From Pseudomonadales bacterium (GTDB lineage: Bacteria; Pseudomonadota; Gammaproteobacteria; Pseudomonadales; JAHRWD01): a stretch of 64,000 bases of DNA. The DNA lies in contig JAESUM010000063.1 of assembly GCA_016763075.1 (NCBI GenBank), positions 4,254-68,253 on the forward strand, in the 5' to 3' direction. Made by a program: the position numbers and the translations under genes. Shown one piece after another: positions 41,844-51,951 of this stretch (positions are counted from its first letter, which is position 1; the number at the start of each line of letters is the position of its first letter). The notes under the pieces were generated by a model. It worked only from the letters and a program-made list of their open reading frames with translations, was not told the DNA's origin and ran no database searches.

Positions 41844-42944
41844 ATGAAGTACAGAGCTGAAATATCATCGCCATTGAATGCACGTAAAGAAAAGCCCCAA
41901 TCCAAAGCTTGGGTTGTGACTGCTTGGTCGCAGGCAAACCGTGCATTATTAGCGCTTTTAATTTGTGCTACGCCAAGCCTTGCCCAAGCCGGTGCGACTG
42001 CAATGGCTAGTGCGCAGTCAAACACCCCCCCAAGACTTATCACAAGCGTGCAGCCAGTACAGATGATCGTATCTGCCATTTCACACGGCATCAGCACTCC
42101 TATTGTATTGCTACCGCCAGGCTCCACCCCCCACGAATACAGTTTGAAACCGTCGAACGTTAAGCACATTAGCCAAGCCGATGCGCTGTTTTGGATTGGC
42201 CCATCGCTTGAAAACTTCCTGAGTAGAACACTGAAGAAATTTAGTCGTCGGTCCAGCTTAAACGTGAGCGCATTGATAGATGCCCCAGGCCTGAAGCTAA
42301 TTAGCTTAAATGATGAACATCACCACGAACACGATCATGCACAGCACGATGATGCTGCCAACACCGTCGCAGAACACTCTGATGATGCTAAAGCTGCGGA
42401 ACCCGCCGAGCACGCCGCTGAACACTCGGACCCGCATATCTGGCTTGACCCAGACAACGCATTAGCCATGGCCAGGCAAGTCAGCCAAGTTTTGGCTAAC
42501 TTGGACCCTGCCAATGCCAAGCGCTATCAACACAATTTATCTGAGTTTGCGCAACGAATAGCGAAACTGCACAAGCAACTTCAGCACAAATTAATGCCTA
42601 TTAAAAACAAAGGTTATTTTGTCTTTCATGATGCTTACAGTTATTTTGAACAGCGATATGGCCTAAAACGCCTCGGTGAATTCAGCGTAAACGAAAGTAA
42701 GCCCAGCGTTAAAAAATTAATGTCGATTCAGTCGATCATTCAACAAGGCCAAGCAGAATGTGTATTTTCAGAGCCGCAATTTAATCCATCTTTGATTCAT
42801 ACGGTTATTCGTGGAACCAACGTTCGCCAAGCAACCTTAGACCCTCTTGGCGACAGCTACCAATATGGAGTCGATCCATCGAATCATTATTTTGAATTTA
42901 TTGAGCAGTTCACTAACCAGTTTATAGGCTGCCTCAACCAGTAA
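41844..42944 (+). CDS. znuA: Zinc ABC transporter periplasmic binding protein with a His/Asp/Glu-rich loop
   Basis: 366 aa with a signal-like LLALLICATPSLAQA. The true start could instead be the in-frame GTG near 41914. It has cluster-9 SBP features and the acidic His-rich insert DEHHHEHDHAQHDD...AEHAAEHSDPH. Confidence 0.85.
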   Translation: MKYRAEISSPLNARKEKPQSKAWVVTAWSQANRALLALLICATPSLAQAGATAMASAQSNTPPRLITSVQPVQMIVSAISHGISTPIVLLPPGSTPHEYSLKPSNVKHISQADALFWIGPSLENFLSRTLKKFSRRSSLNVSALIDAPGLKLISLNDEHHHEHDHAQHDDAANTVAEHSDDAKAAEPAEHAAEHSDPHIWLDPDNALAMARQVSQVLANLDPANAKRYQHNLSEFAQRIAKLHKQLQHKLMPIKNKGYFVFHDAYSYFEQRYGLKRLGEFSVNESKPSVKKLMSIQSIIQQGQAECVFSEPQFNPSLIHTVIRGTNVRQATLDPLGDSYQYGVDPSNHYFEFIEQFTNQFIGCLNQ

Positions 42945-43002
42945 GCAGCAGGCGCTCCAATAGCCGGAAAATTCAATATTAATCGATATCTAAATTAGGC
43001 AC

Positions 43003-43038
43003 AAAAAAGGCCAGCAGAGAAACCCTGCTGGCCTTTTT
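43003..43038. terminator. Bidirectional rho-independent terminator
   Basis: aaaaaaggccagcag-agaaaccc-tgctggccttttt, between convergent znuA and the P450 gene. Confidence 0.75.
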
Positions 43039-43100
43039 AATCTTTCACAATTGCTTGTTTTCACAGTTACTTGAACTGCTTCTGAGTGCTCGTTAACGCA

Positions 43101-44357
43101 CTATTTTTTTAACGGCCGAAGCTGCACAGGGACATCGGTATAACCACGAATCAGTGCTGAGAAAGTACGTTCTGGAGTGCCGACAATATCGACTTTTTCA
43201 AAACGTTTTAAAATTTCTTCCCAGGTAACGCGAAGCTGCATTTCAGCTAAGCGGTTACCCATACAGCGGTGAATACCAAACCCAAAGGATAAATGTTGTC
43301 GTGGCTTTTCACGATCAATAATAAATTGGTCAGCATTTGTGATGGCATCTTCGTCGCGGTTTCCAGATACATACCACATCACCACTTTGTCGCCTTTGCT
43401 GATATGCTTTCCACCAAGTACAGTATCTCGGGTTGCGGTTCTGCGCATGGAAATTACAGGCGTCTGGCAACGAATAATTTCTGGAATCATTTTTGGAATT
43501 AGCGCCGGATTATCACGCAATTTTTGATATTCGTCGGGGTTTTCATTCAGCATCACAACCCCACCAGACAATGAGTTACGCGTGGTGTCGTTACCGCCAA
43601 TAATCAAAAGCAGCAGGTTCCCCAAAAATTCCATCGTAGGCATTTCTTTGGTTGCTTCGGCGTGAGCTAACATAGAAATTAAATCGTTACCAGGCTTGTC
43701 CGAAGCTGCGCGCTCTTTCCAGACTTCGGTAAAGTACTGCAAACATTCGCCCATCGCTGCAAATTTCTCGGCGTCGGTTTTTACAATGGCATTGGGGCCG
43801 GGGATTGCGGTGACCGCATCAGACCAAAAAGTGAGCTTGCTACGCTCTTCGAAAGGAAAATCAAATAGTGTTGCGAGCATTTGAGTGGTTAATTCAACCG
43901 ATACTTTCTCAACCCAGTTAAAGGTTTCATTGACGGGAAGTTCGTCAAGAATACCGCAGATACGCTCGCGAATAAGCGGTTCAAGTAGCGCCAAGTTTGC
44001 TGGCATGACAGAGGGCTGAACGACTTTACGTTGTTCGTCATGTTTAGGAGCATCCATCGCGATAAACATCTCGATGGGCATATCTTCTGGTGCATCTTGA
44101 AGCGTGATAGAACCGTCGGACGAGTATATATCCGCAGCGTTTTCAACTTCCATGATGTCTTTATATTTGGTTACAGACCAATACGGCCCGAACATAGAAT
44201 TTTTACAATAGTTAATAGGGTCTTCTTCGCGAAGACGCTCAAAAAACGGCCATGCGCTGTCGGTTTGATACAGCTTAGGTTGAGACATATCAAATTCGTC
44301 CAGTGGGATGCTGTACGGGTCTCGGCCAAATAATGGCATTGCTTTTACTGTAGACAT
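43101..44357 (-). CDS. Cytochrome P450, CYP153-like (putative terminal hydroxylase)
   Basis: 418 aa with the heme-thiolate loop FGFGIHRCMGNRLA, I-helix GGNDTT, and an EIIR K-helix. The N-terminal region ...PKLYQ...FERLREEDPINYC..SMFGPYWSVTKYKDIMEVE... resembles CYP153 as I recall it. Confidence 0.8.
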   Translation of the reverse strand: MSTVKAMPLFGRDPYSIPLDEFDMSQPKLYQTDSAWPFFERLREEDPINYCKNSMFGPYWSVTKYKDIMEVENAADIYSSDGSITLQDAPEDMPIEMFIAMDAPKHDEQRKVVQPSVMPANLALLEPLIRERICGILDELPVNETFNWVEKVSVELTTQMLATLFDFPFEERSKLTFWSDAVTAIPGPNAIVKTDAEKFAAMGECLQYFTEVWKERAASDKPGNDLISMLAHAEATKEMPTMEFLGNLLLLIIGGNDTTRNSLSGGVVMLNENPDEYQKLRDNPALIPKMIPEIIRCQTPVISMRRTATRDTVLGGKHISKGDKVVMWYVSGNRDEDAITNADQFIIDREKPRQHLSFGFGIHRCMGNRLAEMQLRVTWEEILKRFEKVDIVGTPERTFSALIRGYTDVPVQLRPLKK

Positions 44358-44535
44358 GAAACTTCCTAGGTGATGGAGATTAGCCTTTGCCTTCCTGGCA
44401 TCGGGGTAACTTTATTGTTATTTTATTTTCGTGATCCACGCGGCTCAAATGTACCGATTTACAGAACATAAGCGTTTAAATATTACGGACTTTTGGTACG
44501 CCCTTTAATTACTCATAATGTCTTAAAAACGATCG

Positions 44536-44916
44536 CTAGAGCTTTGAGTCAATCCATTGCTGGCCATCGCTCAGGTTAGTGAACATTTTCAACTCCCAAG
44601 GTATGCCCATGACCTCCATGGCCGCCATATACTCATTCGCATGCATCTGTACCTCTGGGTGAACCGCAATAATCGCTCCCAGCAGACATCGATTGTACAT
44701 CACTAAACCCGCAGAATAAGTGGCTGCAAATTCAGAGTCGTCGATATCTTTTACATACTCAGTGACTAAGGTTGTGTCCCAGATGAAATATTTGCATTGA
44801 TCAAATTGGGGGTGTTCGGCGGCCTCTTCATTAAACGCCATGATTTCTCTAGACGTAAGCACACCTTCTACCATCCAAACCACACTTTCGTCTGTCCATA
44901 TTGTCGTATGACTCAT
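44536..44916 (-). CDS. Hypothetical protein, paralog A of a local three-copy family (possibly SpoIIAA/STAS-like fold)
   Basis: The ORF extends to 44955, but the likely start is the ATG at 44916 (MSHTTIW), preceded by AAGGGA. About 126 aa. It aligns along its whole length with the 45184..45567 product. Confidence 0.6.
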   Translation of the reverse strand: MSHTTIWTDESVVWMVEGVLTSREIMAFNEEAAEHPQFDQCKYFIWDTTLVTEYVKDIDDSEFAATYSAGLVMYNRCLLGAIIAVHPEVQMHANEYMAAMEVMGIPWELKMFTNLSDGQQWIDSKL

Positions 44917-45183
44917 AAGGCGTCCCTTTTCAGCCACATTCATAGCGTGCGACATTTCTTAACGGTTTTAAGTTTTCACAGCTGCTGCACTAGTATGTGC
45001 CTTTTGTAAATATGAACGGCAGCATTTATTCAGACATTTTTCATTTAGCTCAACTGATCCTGTTCACTACACTCAGCTAGCTTAGCTTGCGTATTCAAGA
45101 CGATTCGAACTGAACCAAAAATTAATACCCATCGCCAAATAAGTTTGATGTACGTCGTGACAACTCGTTTAATTCCGGTGGAT

Positions 45184-45567
45184 TTAATACGTCATAGACT
45201 TCAGCCAATTGCGCGCATCTTCAAGGTTATCGAACTGCTCGAGTTCCCACGGTGCGCCCATCGCTGCCATGTTGGCAACATAATCTTTGACCAACCCATC
45301 AAGCAACGGGGTATCTAATACAAAAGCCCCGACCAGCTTTTTGTTGTACATCGTTATAGAAGTCGACTGTGTGGCGGTTAATTCAGCGTCATCTGTATCG
45401 TCAAGATAGGTCGTCACATCCAAACAGTCGACCAAAAAATGTTTGATCTTATCGATCGCATTGGCCTCTAGCAGCTCTTCGTTGAATTCAAACAATTCTG
45501 TAGAGGTTAACGTACCCTCAATTTTCCAGTAAACACCAAGCTCTTCCCAGACTGTTTTATGGCTCAT
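45184..45567 (-). CDS. Hypothetical protein, paralog B of the same family
   Basis: The ORF extends to 45612, but the likely start is the ATG at 45567 (MSHKTVW), preceded by GAGGAAGGG. Blocks shared with paralog A are W.(V/I)EG.LTS.E...FNEE, D(D/T)(S/D)E(F/L).AT, and MAAMG.PWEL..F.NL.D...W(I/L).S. Confidence 0.6.
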   Translation of the reverse strand: MSHKTVWEELGVYWKIEGTLTSTELFEFNEELLEANAIDKIKHFLVDCLDVTTYLDDTDDAELTATQSTSITMYNKKLVGAFVLDTPLLDGLVKDYVANMAAMGAPWELEQFDNLEDARNWLKSMTY

Positions 45568-45831
45568 CTCAAATCCCTTCCTCGCTTTGGAATATACCCA
45601 CGACATGCTCAAATCTACTGCGCGATATTGTTACGTTAGGCCGATATTTACAATACCTCTAATTAGAGTTTGATCATCCGTACGCTTTCTATTGATCTAT
45701 ATTTAACAATAGCAAATCCTAGGGGCATCGCCGTCCTTATTTACTGCATCGAAAGCTACCAAATCAGCGCCTTCGTCAGTACACTCACAGCCCTTTAATG
45801 CCAGCCACAAATACCGCTGACGAGACCCCTT

Positions 45832-46950
45832 ATGAAGCCCACCGTTAAACCCGCCAATCCTAACTTTTCATCTGGCCCCTGCAGCAAACGCCCCGGCTAC
45901 GATGTTAACGCGCTGGATATCACTACCCTTGGCCGTTCGCACCGCTCCGCTATTGGCAAAACCGCCCTGGCTCGAGCCTGCGCAAATACCGTTGAATTAC
46001 TAGGATTGCCGCAAGGGTATCGGGTTGGCATAGTGCCTGCTTCAGATACTGGCGCGGTAGAGATGGCGCTATGGTCCTTGCTCGGGCCAAAACCGGTTGA
46101 TGTATTCGCCTGGGAATCCTTCGGTGAAGGCTGGGTTGGCGATATCACTAATCAGCTTAAGCTCGATAACGTCACCGCACACCGGGCGGATTACGGCTTG
46201 TTGCCAGATTTGAGCCAAGCCAACCCCGACCACGACACGGTTTTCACCTGGAATGGCACCACCTCCGGGGTCAAGCTTATTGATGGCGACTGGATCAGCG
46301 ACCAACGCACAGGCCTAACCATTTGCGATGCAACCTCTGCAGTATTCGCAATGGAAATGCCCTGGGAAAAGTTAGACGTCGTGACATTCAGCTGGCAAAA
46401 AGTACTGGGCGGCGAAGGCGCCCACGGCATGTTGATACTCAGCCCGCGCGCGGTTGAACGGCTAGAGACCCACATACCCGCATGGCCAATGCCCAAAATC
46501 TTCCGCATGACTAAAAAAGGTAAGTTGAACGAAGGCATCTTTAGAGGCGAAACCATCAACACGCCTTCGATGCTTTGCGTGGCAGATTACCTTGATGCGC
46601 TGGATTGGATACGCGAGATTGGCGGTGTCGATGCCAGTATTGCTCGTTCGAAAGCGAACCTTGCGGTAATAGAAGAGTTTGTCGCTGCCAACGACTGGAT
46701 CGACTTTCTTGCACAGGACCCGGCAACTCGCTCCAATACCAGCGTATGCCTAACGTTAGATTTAGAACCCGCACAGATAAAAGAGCTGGCCAAACAGCTG
46801 GAAGCACAAGGCGTTGCATACGATATAGGCGCTTACAGAGATGCCCCAGCAGGGCTAAGAATATGGTGTGGCGCTACGGTTGAAGCATCCGATGTTAAAG
46901 CCTTGATGCCTTGGCTTGCTTGGGCTTACGAGCAAGCCGGAGCAAAATAA
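45832..46950 (+). CDS. serC: Phosphoserine aminotransferase (short, SerC-2 type)
   Basis: 372 aa with the N-terminus [18 protein letters not shown] and a PLP-Lys region ([14 protein letters not shown]). Confidence 0.78.
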   Translation: MKPTVKPANPNFSSGPCSKRPGYDVNALDITTLGRSHRSAIGKTALARACANTVELLGLPQGYRVGIVPASDTGAVEMALWSLLGPKPVDVFAWESFGEGWVGDITNQLKLDNVTAHRADYGLLPDLSQANPDHDTVFTWNGTTSGVKLIDGDWISDQRTGLTICDATSAVFAMEMPWEKLDVVTFSWQKVLGGEGAHGMLILSPRAVERLETHIPAWPMPKIFRMTKKGKLNEGIFRGETINTPSMLCVADYLDALDWIREIGGVDASIARSKANLAVIEEFVAANDWIDFLAQDPATRSNTSVCLTLDLEPAQIKELAKQLEAQGVAYDIGAYRDAPAGLRIWCGATVEASDVKALMPWLAWAYEQAGAK

Positions 46951-47037
46951 CGTCTCATTACCTTTTAGGCGTTCTACTTCGAGAATGACCGAATTTCTCG
47001 AAGTGGAACCTGTCGTGCTCCACTCTAGGTTATCGCG

Positions 47038-47400
47038 CTAGTCATCTTCGTGAATCGACTTATTCAGCTTTGATTCTATCCAATCTTGGCCGCTTTGATA
47101 GCTATCACAGTCCTGTAACACCCAATCAGAGCCCGCCTTAGTCATTCGTTCAATGTACGAATTAATCGGCGCGACTAAAAACGGCTGATTAAACACGAAA
47201 ACGCCCGCCATATTTCGCGAATACACCGACAACGAATTCGAGTAATGCACATTGACCTCGGCACTATCGTCTTCGCTAGCGTAGTTTGTCACGCCAGTGA
47301 GGTCGACAATAAAATACTCAAGCCGCTCGATAGATCGCTAACCCGCAAGCTCCTGATTTATTTTCAAACCAACCACAGGCGAGAACTTCCCAATTGATCT
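47038..47400 (-). pseudogene. Decayed third copy of the paralog family (in-frame TAG, degraded N-terminus)
   Basis: The open part (84 aa, 47038..47292) aligns to the C-terminal two-thirds of paralogs A and B and ends QDWIESKL. Hand translation upstream in the same frame gives ...IGKFSPVVGLKINQELAG*RSIERLEYFIVDLTGVTNYASEDDSAEV. Homology therefore continues through a TAG codon, and further stops occur upstream. Confidence 0.6.
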
Positions 47401-47512
47401 AGCTCATCGCCCGGCTTATCTAGCAAAATATTGCTCGACAACCGATTAAAACTTCACATTCATAGTAGAAAATTGTAATCGTTCAGACCACAATGTTGGG
47501 CAACAGTGATTC

Positions 47513-48331
47513 ATGGCAGTACCAAACGCTCCTTACATTCATAAAAATCAGGAATATTTGCACATGGCTACTTCGATCTCATCCCACAACACGTTCAAGC
47601 CTGACGCCATCTCTGAAGCCGAGTGGCAAACCCGAGTTGACCTTGCCGCAGCGTACCGGTTAGTTGCCCACTACGGCTGGGATGACATTATTTTTACCCA
47701 TTTGTCTGCTCGAGTACCGGGCAATGATCACCATTTTTTGATCAACCCCTTTGGCATGTTGTTCGGCGAGATCACCGCGTCTTCGCTGGTAAAAGTAGAT
47801 GAAGAAGCCAACATCATAGGCAACAGCGAATACGGCGTGAACCCAGCGGGCTTTACCATTCATAGCGCGGTGCACATAGCGCGGCCCGAAGTTGGCGCGG
47901 TCATGCACCTGCATACACGGGCTGGTCTTGCGATATCTGCACAGAAATCCGGCTTATTGCCACTCACTCAAACGGCCATGTTTGTGACTCCACGAGTCAC
48001 CTATCATGACTTCGAAGGCGTCGCACTGAACCACGAAGAACGCGAGCGTATCGTGGCAGACCTTGGCGAAAAGGACCTGATGATTTTGCGTAACCACGGC
48101 ACGCTGGCCGCGGGTAATACCATTCAGGAAACCTTCATCATGCTGTATTTTCTGGAAAAAGCCTGCGAAGCACAGGTTGCGGCGCAAACCGGCGGCGAGC
48201 TGAACTTCCCATCCGACGAAGCGATAGCCACTACCGCAGAACAAACCAAAGGCATTCATATGTCTGGCCATAAAGCCTGGCCTGCGCTACTAAGAATGTT
48301 AGACCGCCAAGACGACTCTTATCGCCAGTAG
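47513..48331 (+). CDS. Class II aldolase/adducin-domain protein
   Basis: 272 aa; the ATG at 47564 is an alternative start. It has RVDLAAAYRL, His-rich metal sites (AVMHLHT), and NHGTLAAG. Confidence 0.78.
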   Translation: MAVPNAPYIHKNQEYLHMATSISSHNTFKPDAISEAEWQTRVDLAAAYRLVAHYGWDDIIFTHLSARVPGNDHHFLINPFGMLFGEITASSLVKVDEEANIIGNSEYGVNPAGFTIHSAVHIARPEVGAVMHLHTRAGLAISAQKSGLLPLTQTAMFVTPRVTYHDFEGVALNHEERERIVADLGEKDLMILRNHGTLAAGNTIQETFIMLYFLEKACEAQVAAQTGGELNFPSDEAIATTAEQTKGIHMSGHKAWPALLRMLDRQDDSYRQ

Positions 48332-48355
48332 TTTTCGCCGTACACTTTGCACATT

Positions 48356-48383
48356 AAAAAGGCAGCCATTGAGCTGCCTTTTT
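48356..48383. terminator. Bidirectional rho-independent terminator
   Basis: aaaaaggcagc-cattga-gctgccttttt. Confidence 0.75.
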
Positions 48384-48407
48384 AATGTGTGTGTTAATTC
48401 AAAGAAC

Positions 48408-49433
48408 TCAGGAGAACCCTGACTTAACCGCCTTTGCCTCTTCAATAACGCGCTCCATCACCTCCGCAACCGTTGGGGTATCTTTTATGCGGCCCTGTAC
48501 CTGGCCGACCAGATGAACACCCTTAACCACATCACCCTGTTTGATCGCCAAATCCAGCGCTTCGGAGGCATTTGCAGAACGCGCCAGTTGCATCACTTTT
48601 TCAGGGCCGCTTACCAAAGCCCCAATCATCACTTTGATCCAGGGAACACCGAGACTCTTTGAAACCTTAAATGAGTTTTTGAAGGCGCCGATCAAATTAG
48701 TGGGCGCTTTATCCATCTTTTCAGCGGCTGGGCTTTTCATCACCCTACAATCCATTCCATCCAGCTTCTCGGTGATGAAAGTATCTTCAATTGTGTTGCC
48801 GATCACGGTTTGTTTGGTATTTTCGTGGATCGGGCTTTCCTGGGTAATAGAGAAACGACTGCCCATCGCGATACCCTGTGCGCCTAACGCCAACGCAGCA
48901 ACCAGCCCACGGCCATCGGCGAACCCTCCAGCACTAATCACCGGAATATCCACCGCATCCACAATTGCGGGAATAAGCACCATTGATGTCACCGGCCCAC
49001 CGTGGGCTGCGGCTTCATAACCTGTCGCAAAAACCGCATCAGCACCATTACGCTCTGCTGCCATTGCATGGCGCTCATTCACCACGGTTGCGATCACCTT
49101 GCCGCCATAGGCGTGGGCACGTTTCGCAATCCAGTCACCTTTGCCCAGGGAGAAATTGATCACTGGTACTTTTTCTTCCAGTCCGATCTCAGCATTTTCC
49201 ATCGCGCCGGGCATAATCAGGGTCACACCGACGCCAAAGGGCTTATCGGTTAAGGAACGGATTTCACGAATCGCCGCGCGTGTTTCGTCGCCACTGAGTG
49301 GCCCCGTCGCTAATATGCCCAAACCACCCGCATTGGAAACTGCAGCCACCAATTTTGGTACTGCAACTTTGCTCATGCCGGATAGAACAACAGGGTATTG
49401 AATACCAAACAGCTCGGTGAATTTTGTCTTCAT
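48408..49433 (-). CDS. Nitronate monooxygenase / NAD(P)H-dependent flavin oxidoreductase (NPD family)
   Basis: 341 aa with the N-terminus FGIQYPVVLSGM, GGLGIL, and a TIM-barrel FMN-site pattern (SAGGFADGRG...ALGAQGIAMGSRF). Confidence 0.8.
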   Translation of the reverse strand: MKTKFTELFGIQYPVVLSGMSKVAVPKLVAAVSNAGGLGILATGPLSGDETRAAIREIRSLTDKPFGVGVTLIMPGAMENAEIGLEEKVPVINFSLGKGDWIAKRAHAYGGKVIATVVNERHAMAAERNGADAVFATGYEAAAHGGPVTSMVLIPAIVDAVDIPVISAGGFADGRGLVAALALGAQGIAMGSRFSITQESPIHENTKQTVIGNTIEDTFITEKLDGMDCRVMKSPAAEKMDKAPTNLIGAFKNSFKVSKSLGVPWIKVMIGALVSGPEKVMQLARSANASEALDLAIKQGDVVKGVHLVGQVQGRIKDTPTVAEVMERVIEEAKAVKSGFS

Positions 49434-49566
49434 TGTGAATGGCCTAAAAAAATGGATGACGATTGGATGACGAATAGCAACAGACTACTGTATCCGCTTT
49501 TACTTTTCTAACTCATGCCAATGAAAAATACTTAATACCCTAAGCGGGCCGGGCAGGTGTTCCAAA

Positions 49567-50607
49567 TCACTCAATCAAGGAAGCCAGTTCCGACGTAAGA
49601 TCAGCCGCAGAAACTTCTTTACAACCGTCTATGTTTTTCCCACACCAAAGTGGTGAAAAATCATCGCAGCCGCGTAGCTCTACCTGTTTACGTAATGCCG
49701 TGATAGCTGCAGTCGCCAATGGGAATTGAGGCACATCCGGATTGATCGGGCCGAGCTCACGAATGCCACGATTCACAATCCCCCTCGCTGGCCGGCCGGA
49801 AAATATATTAGTAATCTCTGTTTGGTGAGGTGAGTCACTTTTGATAGCCGCTCGATGAAAACGACTGGTTTTTGTCTCTGAGCACAGCAAGTAAGCTGTA
49901 CCGATCTGAACCGCAGCCGCCCCAACTGAAAGTGCGGCGGCCACCTCTTTTGCATCGGTAATACCTCCCGTCGCAATCACAGGCAGATTTACTTCCCGAA
50001 TAATTTTTGGCAACAGCTCGAAGGTTCCCGTTTGAAGTGATAGTTCTTCCGAAAGAAACATACCACGGTGTCCGCCCGCCTCAAATCCCTGCGCAATAAT
50101 TCCATCAGCACCATTGGCCTCAAGCCATCGCGCTTCTTCAACAGTGGTTGCAGAACTAATCACTTTTGCGCCCCAACTTTTTATCCGTTTTAGCAAATCT
50201 TGCTGAGGCAATCCAAAATGGAAACTGACTACTTCGGGCTTAAACTCCTCCAACACATCCGCCACTGCGTGGCTAAATGGTTTACGGCCAGAATCGGTCG
50301 GTATGTCGTTAATATCGACTTCATATTCTTCGAAATAGGGTTGAAGCAACAAGCGCCATTTTTGTTCTCGTTCTGCATCAAATTTGGGTGTGGTATGACA
50401 GAAAAAATTTACGTTAATGGGTTGACTGGTTTTGGATTTAATCAGAGTCAACTCAGCATGAAGCGCATCAGGACTTAGCATTGAGCACGGCAATGATCCC
50501 AAACCACCTGCAGATGATACCGCTATGGCTAATTCACTGTCTTGCACCCCTGCCATGGGCGCCTGAATGATGGGTAAATCTACACCCAAAAATGATTGAT
50601 CACTCAT
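49567..50607 (-). CDS. Nitronate monooxygenase family protein (second paralog)
   Basis: 346 aa with LPIIQAPMAG, AGGLGSLP, QGFEAGGHRG, and ATGGITD...ALSVGAAAVQIGTAY. Confidence 0.82.
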   Translation of the reverse strand: MSDQSFLGVDLPIIQAPMAGVQDSELAIAVSSAGGLGSLPCSMLSPDALHAELTLIKSKTSQPINVNFFCHTTPKFDAEREQKWRLLLQPYFEEYEVDINDIPTDSGRKPFSHAVADVLEEFKPEVVSFHFGLPQQDLLKRIKSWGAKVISSATTVEEARWLEANGADGIIAQGFEAGGHRGMFLSEELSLQTGTFELLPKIIREVNLPVIATGGITDAKEVAAALSVGAAAVQIGTAYLLCSETKTSRFHRAAIKSDSPHQTEITNIFSGRPARGIVNRGIRELGPINPDVPQFPLATAAITALRKQVELRGCDDFSPLWCGKNIDGCKEVSAADLTSELASLIE

Positions 50608-50691
50608 ATGAACTGTTGTTTGATATTAAATTTCGGCGCTCACTACTACGCTCAGCTACTAAATATTTTCAGGTTACGCAAGGCGATAAAA

Positions 50692-51399
50692 CTATACAGA
50701 AATTCCCCTACCTATCAATATCAAAGATACTGGTTTTCCAGTTATCGGATTGATTGGCTCTTTCTGATGAACTAATTCGTAGCCATGTAGATGAAACAAA
50801 TCAATCCACGATTCGGTAGTTCGAAAATACCATGGAGCGGGATCGTAAAAATCGTCACTAAAACCAGCCCATGAACCTTCGCGCCAACCATCCTCATATT
50901 CTTTTTGATTTGAGCATTCACGTGGATTTAGAGTTTGCACAATAAAATAACCACCTGGGTTTAAAACAGAGGGGACTGATTTAAAAACATACTCTACCGA
51001 TTCTTTTCCTAGCAGAGAAAAATTGCAGACAGCAATATCAAACTTTTTCGCTATTGTTTCGAAGGAAATTTTCTCGTAAGCCAATACCAGAAAATCACCA
51101 GTAGCATACTTGTTGGCGTCTTCGATCAGTTCAGGAATAATATCCAACCCCGAACAAGAGATGCCGAGATCTGAAAGTGCTCGCACTAACCAACCTTCGC
51201 CGCAGCCGATATCCAAAACAGTTTGTGGTAAAACCGATACAATCGCATCGATAATGGCTTGATTGGTGACAAGTTGCCGACTTGCAATCTGTTTTTCCTG
51301 GATCGCAGTAATCCATGGCCTTGCATTTTTATTCCAGGAATCAACTATTGCTTTGTCGTTAAATGTTTTCAAGCGATTCTCATTAACAAATGTTAACAA
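50692..51399 (-). CDS. Class I SAM-dependent methyltransferase
   Basis: 235 aa with an apparent TTG start and SAM motif I (VLDIGCGEGWL). AT-rich coding sequence. Confidence 0.7.
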   Translation of the reverse strand: MLTFVNENRLKTFNDKAIVDSWNKNARPWITAIQEKQIASRQLVTNQAIIDAIVSVLPQTVLDIGCGEGWLVRALSDLGISCSGLDIIPELIEDANKYATGDFLVLAYEKISFETIAKKFDIAVCNFSLLGKESVEYVFKSVPSVLNPGGYFIVQTLNPRECSNQKEYEDGWREGSWAGFSDDFYDPAPWYFRTTESWIDLFHLHGYELVHQKEPINPITGKPVSLILIGRGISV

Positions 51400-51450
51400 A
51401 GGTCAATTAAGCACCACGAAAAATTAGTTGGCGTCCACTATGTGTGGCCG

Positions 51451-51816
51451 CTATGGTTTTTCTAACTCGTGCTTATAAAGCTTGTTCCAGGCACGCATAC
51501 CACCCGTTAATTGTTTCACATCTGTATAACCAAGATCCGTCAATACCCGAACCGCTGGAATACTTCGATGCGCACTCAAACAGATCGTCACCACAGTCGT
51601 ACTCTTGTCAAAATTTAGATCATCTGCGGCGCTATTAAGATTGATGATTGGAATATTAGTCGCACCCTTTATATGTCCAGACCGCCATTCAGCCCGAGTA
51701 CGGACATCGAGTATCTGCACGGAATCATCACTATTTTTAAGCAGTAAATTGAGCTCTTCAGATGAGAGTTCAGGTACCTTGCCAACAGGTATCCATTTTT
51801 TTATTCTGGAAAACAT
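51451..51816 (-). CDS. Rhodanese-domain protein
   Basis: 121 aa, single rhodanese-size domain. It has ILDVRTRAEWRSGHIKGA and an active-site-like loop (ICLSAHRS). Confidence 0.7.
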   Translation of the reverse strand: MFSRIKKWIPVGKVPELSSEELNLLLKNSDDSVQILDVRTRAEWRSGHIKGATNIPIINLNSAADDLNFDKSTTVVTICLSAHRSIPAVRVLTDLGYTDVKQLTGGMRAWNKLYKHELEKP

Positions 51817-51951
51817 ATCGATAGTTCCAAATTACGTTACTTGTGAAAATGAATAAATTATTTGAACCGGAACCCATATCGGTTCCAGAGTCAGTTCTTT
51901 ATTATTTACAGGCAATAGATTACTTCATTCAACAGAGGTTATCATTTAAGC

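Noticed and set aside
41729-42169. 146-aa ORF spanning the znu intergenic region and the start of znuA on the opposite strand.
   Set aside because: It overlaps the znuA signal peptide and mature N-terminus. It has no homology features, and the znuC start is better placed at 41724.
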